This document shows, in pieces, positions 29,308 to 43,700 of a stretch of DNA of 64,000 nt. How positions within the stretch are numbered: the stretch's first letter is position 1; every line of letters begins with the position of its first letter. The translations under genes and the position numbers were made by a program. The stretch comes from a virus: IMG/VR virus record IMGVR_UViG_3300037493_003174, positions 1 through 64,000 of that record. One strand, written 5' to 3'. The notes under the pieces were generated by a model. It worked only from the letters and a program-made list of their open reading frames with translations, had not been told where the DNA came from and searched no databases.

Positions 29308-32300
29308 TAATGTACCATTCAGTTCTTTAGATTCACTAGGTCCGGAATATGGAAGTATTAATACTCCAACAATTGATGCTAAAGGATTAGCAGCATTTGA
29401 AGGAGATAGGATTGATATGCCTAAAATAAATTTTGAGGCATCTGAAAGTTTTACACCAACTTTACCTGATGTACAAAATCTAAATAATCCGGCTGCTCAA
29501 GTTAGAAAAAATGTTGTAGGAATCTCTCCTAGTAAACCAGGTGTAAATAAAAATGCTAGTGTAGATGATTTAAAAAAGTCTATGAAAGATTATGCATTGG
29601 CTACTATAAGAGCAACTGCAGATAAAAATCAATATGGAAAGATCTATTCATATAATGCTGGACCAGATGGTAATGCATTTTATAAAAGATATCAAGCTTA
29701 TGGTCAAGAAAAGTTTGATGCAATTGGGTTTTCTCCATTAAGAGATAATGAAGCATTGTTTAATGCTAGAACCACTCAGTGGGATGATTTTAGTAGAATG
29801 ATGACAAACTCATTTGTCCCGCTCTTTACAAGAGGTTTTGTATCAGGACCAAAGTCATTAGGCAGAATGCTTACTGGTGATTTTACTGGAACAGATTTAG
29901 AAGATGCGGCAGCTTATGAAGAAGCTGCTGCTATTGGTCAATCAAGTAAAGGAGGCTTTGGTGGCTTTGCTACTAATGCTCTTATGAATTTTTCATATTC
30001 AGCTGGTATTATTACTGAAGCTATAGTGGAAGAAGTTGGTTTAGCATTAGCTACTGTAGGTACAGCAGGAGGAGCAGCTCCTATTCTTGGTGTTAGAACA
30101 GGTATAAACATTGGAAGAATAGGAAAAGCACTATATAAAGGAGTTAATTTTGCTGGAGATGGTATAAAAGCTATTAATAAAACTCTAGATGCAGTAGGTA
30201 GTGTAAAAGGAGCTAGAGAATTTTGGAATGCTAGTAAAGGTTTTGCTAAGACAGTGAATCCATTAAGTAATACTTTTGATGCATACAACTTAGCAAATAA
30301 AGCAGACAATCTTAATAATCTTGGAAGAGCATATAAAACTGCTGGTGGTTTTTATAGAGATGTAAGAAACATCAATATGGCATTATCAGAAGCAAGACTT
30401 GAAGCAGGTATGGTAGAGAATGGTATTTATGATAATCTCTACAATGAATACTATGCAAAAAACAATGAAGCTCCATCAGATGATGTACAATATGATATGA
30501 TGAAACAAGCCAAGAAAGGATCATTAAATACCCTTTACTGGAACACAGGTCTTATCTATGGATCAAACTTAATTACATTTCCAAACATTGTTGGTCCTAA
30601 AGGTGGATTAAGAAACTTTTCTAAAGCAACTATTAAAGAACTATCAGAAGTATCTGGTGGTAAGTTTGGTAAATTAGGTAAGGTTGTATATGATCAAGGT
30701 AAAAAGAAGTTTGCCTTTGAGAAAAATAATTTTAAAAATTATGTAAAAGGCTGGGCAAAGGATCCAATACATAAATCATTAGGTAATACAGTTGGATATT
30801 TCAAAGCTAACTTTACTGAAGGTATTCAAGAAAACTTACAGGAAGTTATTGGTGGTGCTAATGAAAGATATTATACAGATACATTTAAAAGTGGAGCAGT
30901 TCAATCACATAATTATAGTAAGTCAGTATCACAATATGATTACTTTTCTGATGAGTTAGGAAAACAATTCTCTGCACAAGGATTTGAAACATTTGCTTCA
31001 GGTTTTGTAATGGGAACATTTGCATCTCCTTTAAATAAAAGTTTTGAATATCTTGGTGTTGGCTTTAATAGAATGTTCAATAAAGAAGATTATCAAAAAC
31101 TAAAAGATAAGAAACTTGAGATAACAAAAGATTTAGTTAATAATCTAAATGGAATTGATGTTAAAGATTTCTTAGATGCTAAAATATTTAACTATGGTCA
31201 ACAGGATATTATATCTAAAGTAAAAGAATCCGGAAGTAAAAAAGAAGCAATGGATGCTGATCATGAGGGTTTATTAAATCAAATGGATTTACTTATTAGA
31301 AATGGTAGTTTAGAATCATATCAAGAAAAGCTAAGAGATCTACAACAACTAACTCCAGAAGAGTTTGAAGATGCTGTTCCTACTATACCTAAAGGTGAAG
31401 GTGCTAAGTATCAAACTAAGATTAATGATACCATTGATAAAATGGATAAGATTAATAGTAGATATAAAACCTACAAAGAGAAGTTTGAGAATCCTATTGA
31501 TCCAGATAATCTTCCTCCAAAAGGAACTCCTGAATATGAGAATGCTGTGACTTTGCATAATGCATGGGAAGATTCTATTAAGAATGCTGTGTTCTTCAAT
31601 GAAACATTTGAAGATACAATGAAAAGAAAAAGAGATATTTTACAAAAGTTTAATACTCAAAAGCCTTTACAAAGTTTAACTCAAAGAGACTCAGAAGTTA
31701 TATTTGATAATGATAAACTACGTAATGAAGTTGGTTTACTTAAAAATGAAATTGAATCTCTTAAGCAATTAAAAGATCCTGCATCTAAAGAAGAATTAAA
31801 AAAGAAAGAAAGCAAGCTTGCTGCAATGCAAAAACTTGGTGAATCTACAGTTAGCTTTACAAACTTCTTTAATAGATATGAAAGATCTGCAGAAATTAGA
31901 GAGGTTCTTCAGAAAGAAAAAGGTGATGTACCTGTAACTGATGAAGAAGTAGAAGCTGTAATGGATGAATACTTTGGAGAGTTTAGTGAAGAAAATAAGA
32001 TTAAACAGACATCTGAATATGAAGCAGCTTTTAAAGATTACCTTAAAACTGTTGCAAATGTAAATAAGGATTACTTGTTTGATGAGAAGGTTGATGAAGC
32101 CTTTGAATTACTTACAGATCATCATAAATTAGATTCTGAAGCTAGATCACTTATTAAAGGAGTTAACTTACTACATGACCCGGCAGGATTTCTTGATCTT
32201 GTAGAAAGAAACCAGAAATGGATGAAAGATCTTTATGCAAGAAGAGGTGAGTACTATCAGAAAATGATAACAGATCAGTTTGACATTGTAGTAGATAATG

Positions 32301-34714
32301 CTCTCTTAAATGCATTAGCTAATAAAAGTGTATACATTAGTATGGATGACTTTGCTGCTTGGAAAAATGAAGGTATTCCACCGTCAGAGTTTTATGATCA
32401 TGCAAGAAAGTTAGTTATACCTGAAGGAACAGAAGCCTATGATGTATATTATATGCTTTTTGATCAAGCGGCTCAATTAAAAGCAGAGAAAAGTGGAACA
32501 GTACCATCATCATTAGATGCCGTTCTTAATGCAGATTTAGAAAAACTTGAATCACAAAAAGAAGCAGAGCTTAAGAATGTTCCAATGATTGAAACAAAAG
32601 TTTCTAAAGGTAAGTTAGAACCAAATTCTTCTGGTCAAATTACTGCTAAGATGGTACAGGAACAACTTCAACCAAATACATATGCTGAAGCAAGTTATGG
32701 AGATGAAGACAATTTTATATTGTTCATGGATGAAGCTGGTAATCTTAGAGAGAATGATGCTGAGGGAGCTGTTGTTGAAGTTAATAAGGTACCTGTTGCA
32801 TTTACTTCTGTAGAAACTTATGTGATTGCAGAAAGACCTAATCCAGAATATGCCCAGGAGATTGAAAAAAGATATGAAGATCTTAAAGAAGACAGGATCA
32901 ATCAGTATACTGCGCAAGTAGAAGAGGTTGAGAAAAAAGAAAAAGAACAAAAGACTACAGAGATAGAACCAATTACTTCAGCTACTTCATTAGAAGATAT
33001 TATCAGACGTTCTCCTGCTTTGTATAACAAGCTTAATAAAGAATTTACTGAAAGAGTTATTAAGAAAATGGATTCAGAGGAGTATGTAAATATGAATTCT
33101 GAGCAAGAAAGAAACTTGTTTGAAAAGTTTCTTCAATCTGATCCAATTGCAAAAGGGCTTATTGATACTTACAACAAAGAGCAAAAGCTTGATGAAGCTA
33201 CTAAAGAAACTGGTGAGAAAGAAGAATTTGAATTCATGTATCAAGGTAAGATGGTTAAGACGGCAGATCTTAAAACCATTCAAGACCTTGAGAAAATGAA
33301 AAGAAGATTTGACAAGATGATTAAGGATATTAATGAGAGTGAAGATGCTACTACTGAAGATATGACTAACAAGTCTAAGTATAGTATTATCTCTAAAGAC
33401 CTTGAAAAACTTATCAATACAAGAACTAAGAATGATGCTAAAGTATCAGATGAAATTACTGCTGATGAATATAATGACTTTGTTGATAATGGTATAGTTA
33501 AAGCTGGCCGTATCACTAAGATTGCAGAAAAAGTTAAGAATGGTACAGACCTTACTCAACAAGAGAAAGAAATGTTCCAAGATAAAACTACTGAGATCAA
33601 TGAAGAGCTCCGTAAGATGAATGAGAAAGATGCTGCTAAAGCTAAACCATCTGACATAGAAAAGGAACTATTTTCAGAAACTGATAGTAAAGGAAGAATT
33701 AATACTGTTTTTTCTACTACAAAAGAAAAAGATGGATTAATTAAAACAACATTTACTTTTAATAGATCAGATAAAGACCCATCTCAAAGAAACAATATGA
33801 TAACAGGTATTCCTGTAGAAAAAGCATTAGGTAATAAGTATACTATTGATGAGGAATACGTACCTGAAGGAGCCAAAGTAGTTGGAGTTTCTGAAATTAG
33901 AATAGATAAAACAGGTGCAGGAGCAACAGTTACTTTTGAAATAGATGGAGAAAAATCTCAAGGTGAAGTTAAATTAAATACTAATACTACTTATGATGCA
34001 GAACTAGCTGCTTTAGAAAGTACTTCTGCTGCTGATACAATTCCAGAAGATCCACAGTCTAGTGATGATGTTGATTCACCAACACAAGATAGTGATTCTA
34101 GAAAAGTAGAAGTAATTGATGATGCTAAGAGATATTCAATTGATGACTTTAAAGCAGATGTTGCAAAAGTTAAAACAATGGATGAGCTACAACAAATTGT
34201 TTCAGACTTACACATTAAAGTTTCTGAAGAAGCTGTTGCATTTGAAGATTTACAAGTTATGTCTGAACTAGCTAAACAAAAAGCTGCAGAAATAAGAGCT
34301 GGAGATGTAAAAATTGATCCAATTGGTTTAACAGAAGGTACTCAAGTTATAGCAAAAGAGATTATCTTTGATAATGCAAATATGTTTGCAATGGCTAATG
34401 ATACTCTTGTAGTCAAGTCAGTTGATAAAACAAAGAAAACTATTACAGTTACTCCTATGGGAAGTACAGAAGAAATGACTGTAGGCTTTGATAAGTTAAA
34501 TGAAATGTTTATATTAAAAGATACAGTAATGGACACAACAGAACAAGTTACAGAACCTGTTACTAAAGAAGAACAGGAAATGGTTACTCAGTCATCAGAT
34601 TTAGCTGATACTATACTAAACAGTCCTGATCAGTTAACAGAACTTGAGAAAACTGTTTCTAAGAAAACAGTTAGTGAATTAGATGCTGAGTTATTAGAAG
34701 ACTTGAAATGTTAA
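29294..34714 (+). CDS. Giant virion protein 1 (ejected; membrane-interacting segments)
   Basis: 1806 aa; Gly/Ala-rich hydrophobic helices (VGLALATVGTAGGAAPILG); EARLEAG and EGIQENLQ motifs; first of the crAss-like trio of giant genes. Confidence 0.6.
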   Translation: MATDNNVPFSSLDSLGPEYGSINTPTIDAKGLAAFEGDRIDMPKINFEASESFTPTLPDVQNLNNPAAQVRKNVVGISPSKPGVNKNASVDDLKKSMKDYALATIRATADKNQYGKIYSYNAGPDGNAFYKRYQAYGQEKFDAIGFSPLRDNEALFNARTTQWDDFSRMMTNSFVPLFTRGFVSGPKSLGRMLTGDFTGTDLEDAAAYEEAAAIGQSSKGGFGGFATNALMNFSYSAGIITEAIVEEVGLALATVGTAGGAAPILGVRTGINIGRIGKALYKGVNFAGDGIKAINKTLDAVGSVKGAREFWNASKGFAKTVNPLSNTFDAYNLANKADNLNNLGRAYKTAGGFYRDVRNINMALSEARLEAGMVENGIYDNLYNEYYAKNNEAPSDDVQYDMMKQAKKGSLNTLYWNTGLIYGSNLITFPNIVGPKGGLRNFSKATIKELSEVSGGKFGKLGKVVYDQGKKKFAFEKNNFKNYVKGWAKDPIHKSLGNTVGYFKANFTEGIQENLQEVIGGANERYYTDTFKSGAVQSHNYSKSVSQYDYFSDELGKQFSAQGFETFASGFVMGTFASPLNKSFEYLGVGFNRMFNKEDYQKLKDKKLEITKDLVNNLNGIDVKDFLDAKIFNYGQQDIISKVKESGSKKEAMDADHEGLLNQMDLLIRNGSLESYQEKLRDLQQLTPEEFEDAVPTIPKGEGAKYQTKINDTIDKMDKINSRYKTYKEKFENPIDPDNLPPKGTPEYENAVTLHNAWEDSIKNAVFFNETFEDTMKRKRDILQKFNTQKPLQSLTQRDSEVIFDNDKLRNEVGLLKNEIESLKQLKDPASKEELKKKESKLAAMQKLGESTVSFTNFFNRYERSAEIREVLQKEKGDVPVTDEEVEAVMDEYFGEFSEENKIKQTSEYEAAFKDYLKTVANVNKDYLFDEKVDEAFELLTDHHKLDSEARSLIKGVNLLHDPAGFLDLVERNQKWMKDLYARRGEYYQKMITDQFDIVVDNALLNALANKSVYISMDDFAAWKNEGIPPSEFYDHARKLVIPEGTEAYDVYYMLFDQAAQLKAEKSGTVPSSLDAVLNADLEKLESQKEAELKNVPMIETKVSKGKLEPNSSGQITAKMVQEQLQPNTYAEASYGDEDNFILFMDEAGNLRENDAEGAVVEVNKVPVAFTSVETYVIAERPNPEYAQEIEKRYEDLKEDRINQYTAQVEEVEKKEKEQKTTEIEPITSATSLEDIIRRSPALYNKLNKEFTERVIKKMDSEEYVNMNSEQERNLFEKFLQSDPIAKGLIDTYNKEQKLDEATKETGEKEEFEFMYQGKMVKTADLKTIQDLEKMKRRFDKMIKDINESEDATTEDMTNKSKYSIISKDLEKLINTRTKNDAKVSDEITADEYNDFVDNGIVKAGRITKIAEKVKNGTDLTQQEKEMFQDKTTEINEELRKMNEKDAAKAKPSDIEKELFSETDSKGRINTVFSTTKEKDGLIKTTFTFNRSDKDPSQRNNMITGIPVEKALGNKYTIDEEYVPEGAKVVGVSEIRIDKTGAGATVTFEIDGEKSQGEVKLNTNTTYDAELAALESTSAADTIPEDPQSSDDVDSPTQDSDSRKVEVIDDAKRYSIDDFKADVAKVKTMDELQQIVSDLHIKVSEEAVAFEDLQVMSELAKQKAAEIRAGDVKIDPIGLTEGTQVIAKEIIFDNANMFAMANDTLVVKSVDKTKKTITVTPMGSTEEMTVGFDKLNEMFILKDTVMDTTEQVTEPVTKEEQEMVTQSSDLADTILNSPDQLTELEKTVSKKTVSELDAELLEDLKC

Positions 34715-34717
34715 GCT

Positions 34718-37700
34718 ATGAAAATACAATGTGCTTTATCTGAATCTCAGATTAAAAAATTATATTCTAATGTGTATGGAAATATGGTTGAACAAGGAGA
34801 CGCGTTTAACCCTGAGCAATACATGAAGGATTTGTTCAATAAGATTGCAAAAAACTCTGATGTAGATACTGCAGCTAAGTTTATGCAACAAGTTCCATCT
34901 ATGATTGGAACAGCATCCTTCCGTCCGGCTCTGGAAGATTTTGAAATTAAAACAGATTCACTAAAACCACTTATCAAAAAGTTTAAGAAGTCTGAGAATG
35001 GTATTGATAATACTGTTAAATTTTTTAGACCACAACTGGATCCAGATGTTGAGAAAGAACTTATTGAAAAGAAAGCATTAAGTGCATTTCATATTGCTGA
35101 GAAGACTAGTGATACAGTTCCTGCTGATCCATTTAACTATCAGACATACTCATCTTTGTCAACTACTTTTCAGGAATTTATCTCTAAGAATCCTAATGAA
35201 GATATTCAAACAGAAACTTTTGATCCAGGAAGAAGAACAATTTATTCTACTCTTGCCGCAATTAGAGAAGAAGCAAATAACAATACTCCATTAAGAGAAC
35301 TTGTATATCAAGATACTATACTTAAGTTAAAGCCTGTAAGGTTATCTGAAGTAGATGAGAATCTATTGGATAAGACAACAAAGAGATTGGTCAATAGGGC
35401 AGCTTATTTGAAGGGGTCAGGTCAGGCACAATCTTATGTAACAACACCAGATAATATATTCCTAATGGTTATCTCTGATAAAGATGGTATTCCATTACAG
35501 TTTAATGAACAAGGAGATATTGTTGCTGAAGGTGGTCAACTTGTTTACCAATTCTTGAGAGAGGTTAGAAAGGATGGGAATAAGTTTAAGGTTACAGATA
35601 TCTACGGAAGGTCAGAACAAATTATTGATCCGGCTATTCTAGCTGAGAAATCAGGTATTACATTAGAAGAAGCTCAAGTAAGACAACAGGATGAGTTTAA
35701 AGAGCTCTATGAGTTTAGAGAAAAGCTTATTAAAGGTGACTCACCTTTAGTTGACATTGTAGGAGTTAGCCAGGGAATAAGTGAGATTAAACCAAATGCA
35801 TTAAACTTATCCAATATCAGTATTATACTAGAAGATAATGACCATGCAATAAGAACATTGTCTGTTGTTAAATCACCACGTTCTGGTTTTGAAAAAGGAG
35901 AAGGAGTTATTACTATAAAAGGTGTTGAATATAAAGTTGACCGTCCAAACTTAACTGCAGAACTTACTAAAAAGATTGCTACAGTCTTGACTAACAAGGA
36001 GTTAACAAACAAAGAAAAGTATGATTATGTATCTCAACTCTTAGCAGACAAGGCATCAAATGATACAAGAAAGCATGAACTTGAGTATCTTGAAAAAACA
36101 GATAAACTAATGTTCTCATATTCTCCAACAACTTTTGCTGAAGGATATAGTAAGTTTATTGATGTAGATCTTAACTCACCAGAAGCATTCCAACAAATTA
36201 CTGATGCGTTAACAAATGCTTCAGGAAAAGATGGTAAGTACTTTAGTGCTAAAATGACTTATAGTGATAATGCAATTGAGAAAGGTTATCAAGATTATGA
36301 TTTGGCAACTAACACATTGTCAGATGATTACCAAGATTACTTTGCTTTAATTAAAGGTCTTCCAAATACTAAAATCTTTGCAGATATATCTATTGATAGT
36401 AGATCATTCAATAGTTACATGGGATTTGCAATTCCAAATCAGTTCACAGAACAACTGGCAAAAGCTCAAGAGTCAACTGAGACAGTAAACAAAGATGACT
36501 TCTTTGAGTCTATGGTAGATGAAAGTCTTACTCCAGGAGAAGAGATGTTCAATACTCTAATGAAAGAAGCAATTTCAACAGAGGCCAGAGGATGGAAAAC
36601 TATTGTTGATCAGGAAACAGGTAAGCTTCACAAGGACAATTACTACATGTCAACTTATTTAACTAACCAGTTAAAAAATAATGCTAGACGGTTTACAAAA
36701 GAAACCATGCAAGAAGTACTTGATAATTATTCAACTTTCAGAAGGCCAAGTAAAACTGAGATGGAAATCATCCAGAAGGAATTTGATAAAGCATTTGCTC
36801 CTCAAGTAACTAAAGCTAAATCAATTGAAGAAGTTCAAAATGAGATTAATAGTTATATTGATCCAAAGAATGTCCCAACTCCAGAAAGCAATGGTCCGGG
36901 TGATGCATTCTTCCTAAGAAAAGGAGACCTTCCATCTGATGTATCTACTGAGCAGGTAGAAGATGCTAAACAATGGTGGGCAAACTCTCCATTAAACAAA
37001 CACATTGGACTTAAACAAGTAGCAAACATTGTTAATTCTAATGCTTATGCAAGATTCATTGCTTATGGTGCTGCATTAAATGGCAACCTAGGTATGATTG
37101 AAGTTGCAGCAACTGGGAATATGGTTGATGTTTATCATGAAGCTTGGCATGGCTTCTCTCAATTATATCTTACTAAAGCAGAAAAGAAGGCTCTATACAA
37201 TGAAGTACTTAGAAGAACAGGTAAAAGCTTAAGCTTCTTTGAAATTGAAGAATTACTTGCTGAGGAGTTTAGAGATTATGCAAAGAATCAAAAGACAGTA
37301 AAAGATGCACCAAAAAGAAATAGTCTTTTTAGAAAAATACTTGATTTCTTAAAAGCATTATTTGGAAAAGGTTCAGTTACAAATCTATCTGAGATAAGTA
37401 CAGTAAAAGAATTATTTGATAATTTATATTTAGGTAAGAATCTGAATAACTACACACCACTTATAGACAATGTTATGTTTGACTTGCTCTACAGAAACAG
37501 TGGTATAGTTAAACCAGGTACTGAGACAGATCAAGTATTAAATAGACAAGACTCCAACTTATTGAAAGATAGTATGGATTCTATTATCTCTGATATCATT
37601 GACAATGAAGTAAGTAAAAGAGATAATAAGGGAGCAACTTTAAGTATTCTTTTGGATAAAAGAAACCGTGAGCCTCTTTATAATATGATTAAGCAAAATC

Positions 37701-40700
37701 TAGAAGCAAAGTTAAAGACTTATGAAACACAATTAGAGGAAACTCCAGAGAATGAAGAGAATGAATATAAAAGGGACATACTACAAAACAGAATTAGAAT
37801 TATACAAACTGGTCTTGAAAACTATGGGGATACAAAATCCGGACTTGTACAATACCATGTGGAGAATAGTTCTTATGACCTTGTAAGACAAAAGTATACT
37901 GCATTAGAACTTGATGAAGAAGGTAATCTTGTTGAACCTGAGAATGCTACTGATACTGAAAGATATGGTGATCAGAAAGTAAATGATAAGTCACTTATTC
38001 AATTAGCTGGTAAGGAGACTCTTTATATTCTAAAGAGTTTGTATCAAGCAAAGATTAATAAGAAGACAGGTCAAGTAGAGTATGAATACAATGAACTAGG
38101 ATTCAAGAAGCTTGCTGACTTTAGAAGTACTTGGAATAATACAGTAAGAGCAATTGGTGGTATTCAAGATCCACAGCAAATGTATGATAAACTCATGCAA
38201 GAAAGTGAAACTGTACCAGAGTTTAAACAACTAGTGCAATCAAAACTTCCTAACCCAAAAGTATTTACTAACAATGCATTTGAGTTTCAAGCAACAACAT
38301 CTTTCTGGCAAGACTTTAGTAAAACTAGAGTGCCCTATATTCAGCTTACTGTGTTTAAAAATCAAATAGGTGAAAAAATTGAGTACAATAATTTTACTGG
38401 AGCAGAAATAAAAATTCCTATTTATGAGTATGATGCACAAGTAACTGAAGCTTCTAATGAAGTTGGGAATATTGTAAGAATGTTTAAAGAGAACTTTAGA
38501 GCAAATCAGAACAATCCATATGTAGAAAGAGTTGGTAGAGATAATACACCAATGCTTAATCTTGGAAAAGTAGTTGATAGTTTTTCATCTCAAGGTAAAT
38601 TAGATGTAAATCAATCTTACGGTTTTGCAAGAGCACTTGGATTCAACTTGAGTGATTTAAGTATAATTAAGAATACGCTTAAGAAAGATAACAAAACAAT
38701 TGAAGAATTTGGTCTTCCCTACATATTTGATATTATTAAAAAATTGCATGAGAAAGAACAACTTCCAAATACCAATAGTACTACAAGAAGTTTGATCAGT
38801 AAGTTTAGAGAAAATCCAATTGAAACTTTATCAAAAGGAATCCCTGCTAATATTATTAGTACTTCAGAAATTATACAGAAAAATAAAGTAATTGCAATTG
38901 CAAGTCTTGAAGCAAGATATGGTACTAGAACTTCTAATTCTATGGTACTTAATGCTGAAAAGAATCTTGTCTCTGAATTTATTGATAATCATACAATTAG
39001 CAAACAGGTATATGCATTAAACAATGCAAAGAAACTTTCTGATCTTTGGACTACTGATGAATTTAAGCATATGTCTTATATGGATCCTGCTATTAACTCT
39101 TACACAAATAGATTAGGAATAATTAGATCATTGTATGACTTAAAGTCTCCTGAGCAATCAAGAAGAACAACAAGATCATTCTTGTTATTTGCAAACTCTG
39201 GAACTCAAGTTGAGAATGAAGATGGATTTAATACAACTAGTTTAGATGTAAATAGTAAGATGATTCAGGAAATGCATACTATGTTGAAAGACGGTGTGCA
39301 AGAATTTATGAGACATGCTTCTAAGTCATCTTCATTTGGTGCTAGAATTGAAGGAGGAGTTATTGGTCTACCAGGTAAAGAAGGTGGAGACAATAAGCTT
39401 TGGGTTGACCTTGACATGTTTGGTAAAGGAACTGCATTTGATTATGCATTAAAGTCTCATTTACTTCCTTACATGGAAGCAGAGGCTGAAAGAATCTACA
39501 GATTCAAGATTAACAAAGATGAGTTTAAGAAATATGCTGGCTATAATAGAGTGCTCAGTAGTGGAAAGATGGCTGGTGAAGAATTTACAGCCTTTGATGA
39601 TGTTATCTCAGATTCATTAAAGAAACAAATCTATGATGCTATTGACTCTGCAGTTAAGAACAAGACTCTATTTAATTTATCTAGTTTCTTAAAACAAGAT
39701 ACTACAGGTGCACTTGGTGTATTAAGAGGAGATGTAAAGAAATATTTTGATGAGCAAACTAAAGAAAATCTTGAGATGCTTCAGGAATCAAAGTATATTT
39801 CTCAAGATCTTAAAGATAGAATGAAAATATTTAATCTATCAGATGATCAAGTAGAACAAAAGCTTGTTGAAACATTTACATATAACTCTTGGATACATAA
39901 CTTTGAAATGGGTATTCTTTTCTATGGTGACTTTGCTCAATACAACCACTACAAAGAAGAGATGCACAAAAGAAATACTGGAGCTACATCCGGGGGCCGT
40001 GGGTTTAGATCTGACATAGCAGCAAGAAACTTTGTTAATGGTTACTTAGCTACTACATCTTATGCTAAAAAACAAGGCATTTCTGCTATTGCATATAATG
40101 GTACATTCAATACTGCAATTATTCAAGATGTAATTAGAGATTCAGAATATCTTGGACAAATTGAGAAAGGTCTTAGAAAAGACTATGAAAAAAGATATAA
40201 GAATGCAGGTGTTCCAAATGCTGAAAAGGTAATTAATGAAAGATTAAAGATAGAACTTAGTAAGTATAAAGGAATGGAAGAAGGAGATGGGCAAGGCTTT
40301 ATCACCTTTGATGCATATCGGACACTAAGACACCTTGAAAATGCTTGGTCTAATGAGCAAGAAATATTATTTCAAAGAATTGCTAAAGGAGACAATGTAA
40401 CTACAAGTGAGATTAAAGAACTCTTCCCTGTATACAAAGTACAACACTTTGGTAACTTAGCTAATACTGGTCTTCCAATAAATGCAATGCACAAGTTTGC
40501 ATTAGCTCCGTTAATTCCTAGTGTTATTGCTGGTTCAGATCTTGAGAATCTTCATAGACAAATGATGACTAAGAATATTCAGTATGTTACATTTCAAACC
40601 GGTTCTAAAGTAGGTAGTGTTACATCTGAAGTAAATGATAAAGGTGAAGCAGTAGCTGATAAAATTTATGATGATAAAGATCAAAAGTCTTTAAAAAGAG

Positions 40701-43700
40701 ATATTGCATTTACTCCAAATGTTATTTACCTTGAGAATCTTAAGAATGTAACTAATGTACCTAACAAGTTTAAAAACAAAACTGTGTTCTCAACTCAGTT
40801 AAGAAAATTGATCTTGGGAGGTATGTATAGAAATGGTAAGATTATCAATCCTAAAAACTCAGTTGCAGTAAAATCATATGAAGCTGCAGTTGATGCTTAT
40901 AGTAATATCCTAAAGCTTGAATTACTTCATGAAATTGGATATGAATATAATCCAAAAACTAAAAAGTATACTGGAAACATACAAGACTTCTTAGAGGTTG
41001 TTCAAAGAGAACTTGAAAGAAAAGATCTTCCTGAGCATTTAATACAAATGGTAGGGCTCAATAGAGATAAGTCTATTAAGACTGATTTGTCTCTGCACCT
41101 TAAAGCTGATGATATTGAAAAGATTCTTGTTTCTCTTGTAGAAAAAAGATTGATCAAACAAAAAGTAAAAGGTGAAGCATTAGTTCAAGTTGCTAGTTCT
41201 ATGTCCAATGGAATGTGGGATAACAAACTTAAGAAAGCTACTAATGCAGATATATTAAAGTACATGGGTACTAATAATTTGCCTTTCTATAATAATGATA
41301 CAGCTGATGGTAAGACTGCAGCAATGAAAGTTGCTGTTGCACTTCAAGGAGACTTTGCTAACTTGCTTAAACTTAACCACTTAGATGGTGAAGTAATTGG
41401 TACAAGACAAAGACTTAATGAAATGATTAAGGATGACAAGTGGATGGATTTAGATAACAACCGTAAAGCAGTAACAATATCTGCAGTACGTATCCCAGTT
41501 CAGGGTATTAACTCAATGGAATTCATGGAAATCTATGACTTCTTAGATCCAGCTGCAGGAAATATTATTATTCCACCATCAGAAATTGTTGCTAAGTCAG
41601 GAGCCGATTATGATGTTGATAAGTTGACAACATTTATGCCTAGCATAGATAGTAATGGTCAATATGTTGAAACAGGATTGACTAATGATGAAGTTCTTAA
41701 AAAAGTAAATGAATTATCTGGAAATGAAAGAGGAAGTAAAGTTGCCAGAGCTTTAATTAAGAAACAGAAAGCAGCTTTAGAAAACAGATTAATTAATACA
41801 ATCAAAAGCATTCTTGAGTTGCCAGATAATTATGCAGCATTAGTAAGACCAAATGATACATACTTACTTAAAGATGAGATAGCTGATGTAATTCAAGATG
41901 ATGTTATTGAGTATAACAGATTTAAGAATGTAAACAGTAAGGATTACAGAGTTAATAAGAAAGGTGAAAAAGTAATTAGCCCAACAAGAATTCTTGAGTC
42001 ACGCTACAACTTACACAAACATGATGTAAACACAATTGCTAAGAGAGTATTAGGTATGATCGCTATAGAAAATGCATTACACCCAATCTTTAATTCAATT
42101 GGTGTATCTATGCCTGCAACATATAAAGATTCAATCTTTGATGATTCACTTGGAAGATATGTTGATGGAAAAAATGACTATGATGTAAGACTAATGTTGC
42201 CTCATAATAAAACTGATGACGGTAGAGTTTCTCTTTCAGGTACAGATACTGTAGATGGTATGGACAACATTGGTGAATTATTTTCACAAATGATGAATGG
42301 TGCTGTGGATGTTGAGAAAGATGCATGGATATTCTTTATCCAGGGTAACTATGAGATTACTCCAATGATTACTTTCTTACTAAAAGCTGGTGTGCCTAAA
42401 GAAACTGCAATTCTATTTGCCTCAAATCCAATTGTTAGAGAGTATGCAAAACAACAAAGAATAATTAAAAGTGCATACTCAAAAGTTACAGGAACAATTG
42501 CTGAAAATTTTATTCCAACTATGGGTAAATATCAAGCTGCAGTAAATGCTTTAGCAAAGTTTGGAATTAAAGATGGAGCACAGAAAGTAAGTCAGAAAAA
42601 ATATTATAATGCTGTTACTAAAGCAACTGGTGCTTCAGGTATTTTAAATTCTAAAGGTGAGTTTGATCTTGAATTAATGAAAAAAATCATTAAGAATCCA
42701 AATGAACCATCTTTGAGAAATCATATGGAAGCAATGTTCCTTCACTTTATTGAGCTTGAAAAATCTAGCCGTGGATTCACTACACTTAAGTTCTTATCTA
42801 ATCCAGATACTAAGACTTCTAAAACTTTACAAGAAGTAATAAGAAGAAATATGTCATTAGAGGATGCTAAAGCAATGTCAAAAATTGAAGAAGGCACAGT
42901 AGATAAATTAAAAGAAACTGTACTTGGTACTTTCTTTGACAATAAACTAATTAGTGATCTTATTGTTCCATTATTTCCACTTAGAAATAATGATACTGTA
43001 ACTAACTTTATTTTGAAAACAAGTGCTGAAAGAGCAGGTGCAGTTGCAAAAAGATTTGGAAAAGGTCAGGACGGAACTAGAAGTTTTATTACTCAGTTCA
43101 AAAATGCTATTCCAAACTACATCTTCCAGAATTATATGTCCAACTTTGTTGATGAGAATGGTAAACTAACAAGTATGCCTAAGAACTTTAATAAGATGGA
43201 TGTTGTTAGTAAAGTTGGAGTAAAGAATGGGGCAGAGATCATTAATGGGAAATTGTTTGTAGATGACGCAAGGCTTAGAAAAGAGTATCAAGAAGGTTTG
43301 TATTATAGGAACAATACCATGCCTGGTAATTATTCTGAAAGTGGATTAAGAGGACTTGGAGCTTTAGTAATCTTTGAATCAGAAGCTGCCTATTTCAGAT
43401 ATGTATTTGAAAGAGAGAATCAAAGAAATTTATATTCACTTGAGTCTTTATTAAAAAACAAAGACTTTAAAAAAATGCGTGAGTTAACTGCCAATGATAA
43501 AGAAGCTTATGAAGCTTACATAAATCAAAGAGCATTAATTAATGCATTCAATAGAGTAGCAATCATGGGTCTTGAGGGCCAGTCATATACAGACATGGTC
43601 TTAGATATGATAGAAGAATTCTCTCAACTTAAAGGAAGATACCCAATCTTAAGTCAGTTTACTATACCAAACATTAAGACTGGAGAAAGAGTTTTGACTT

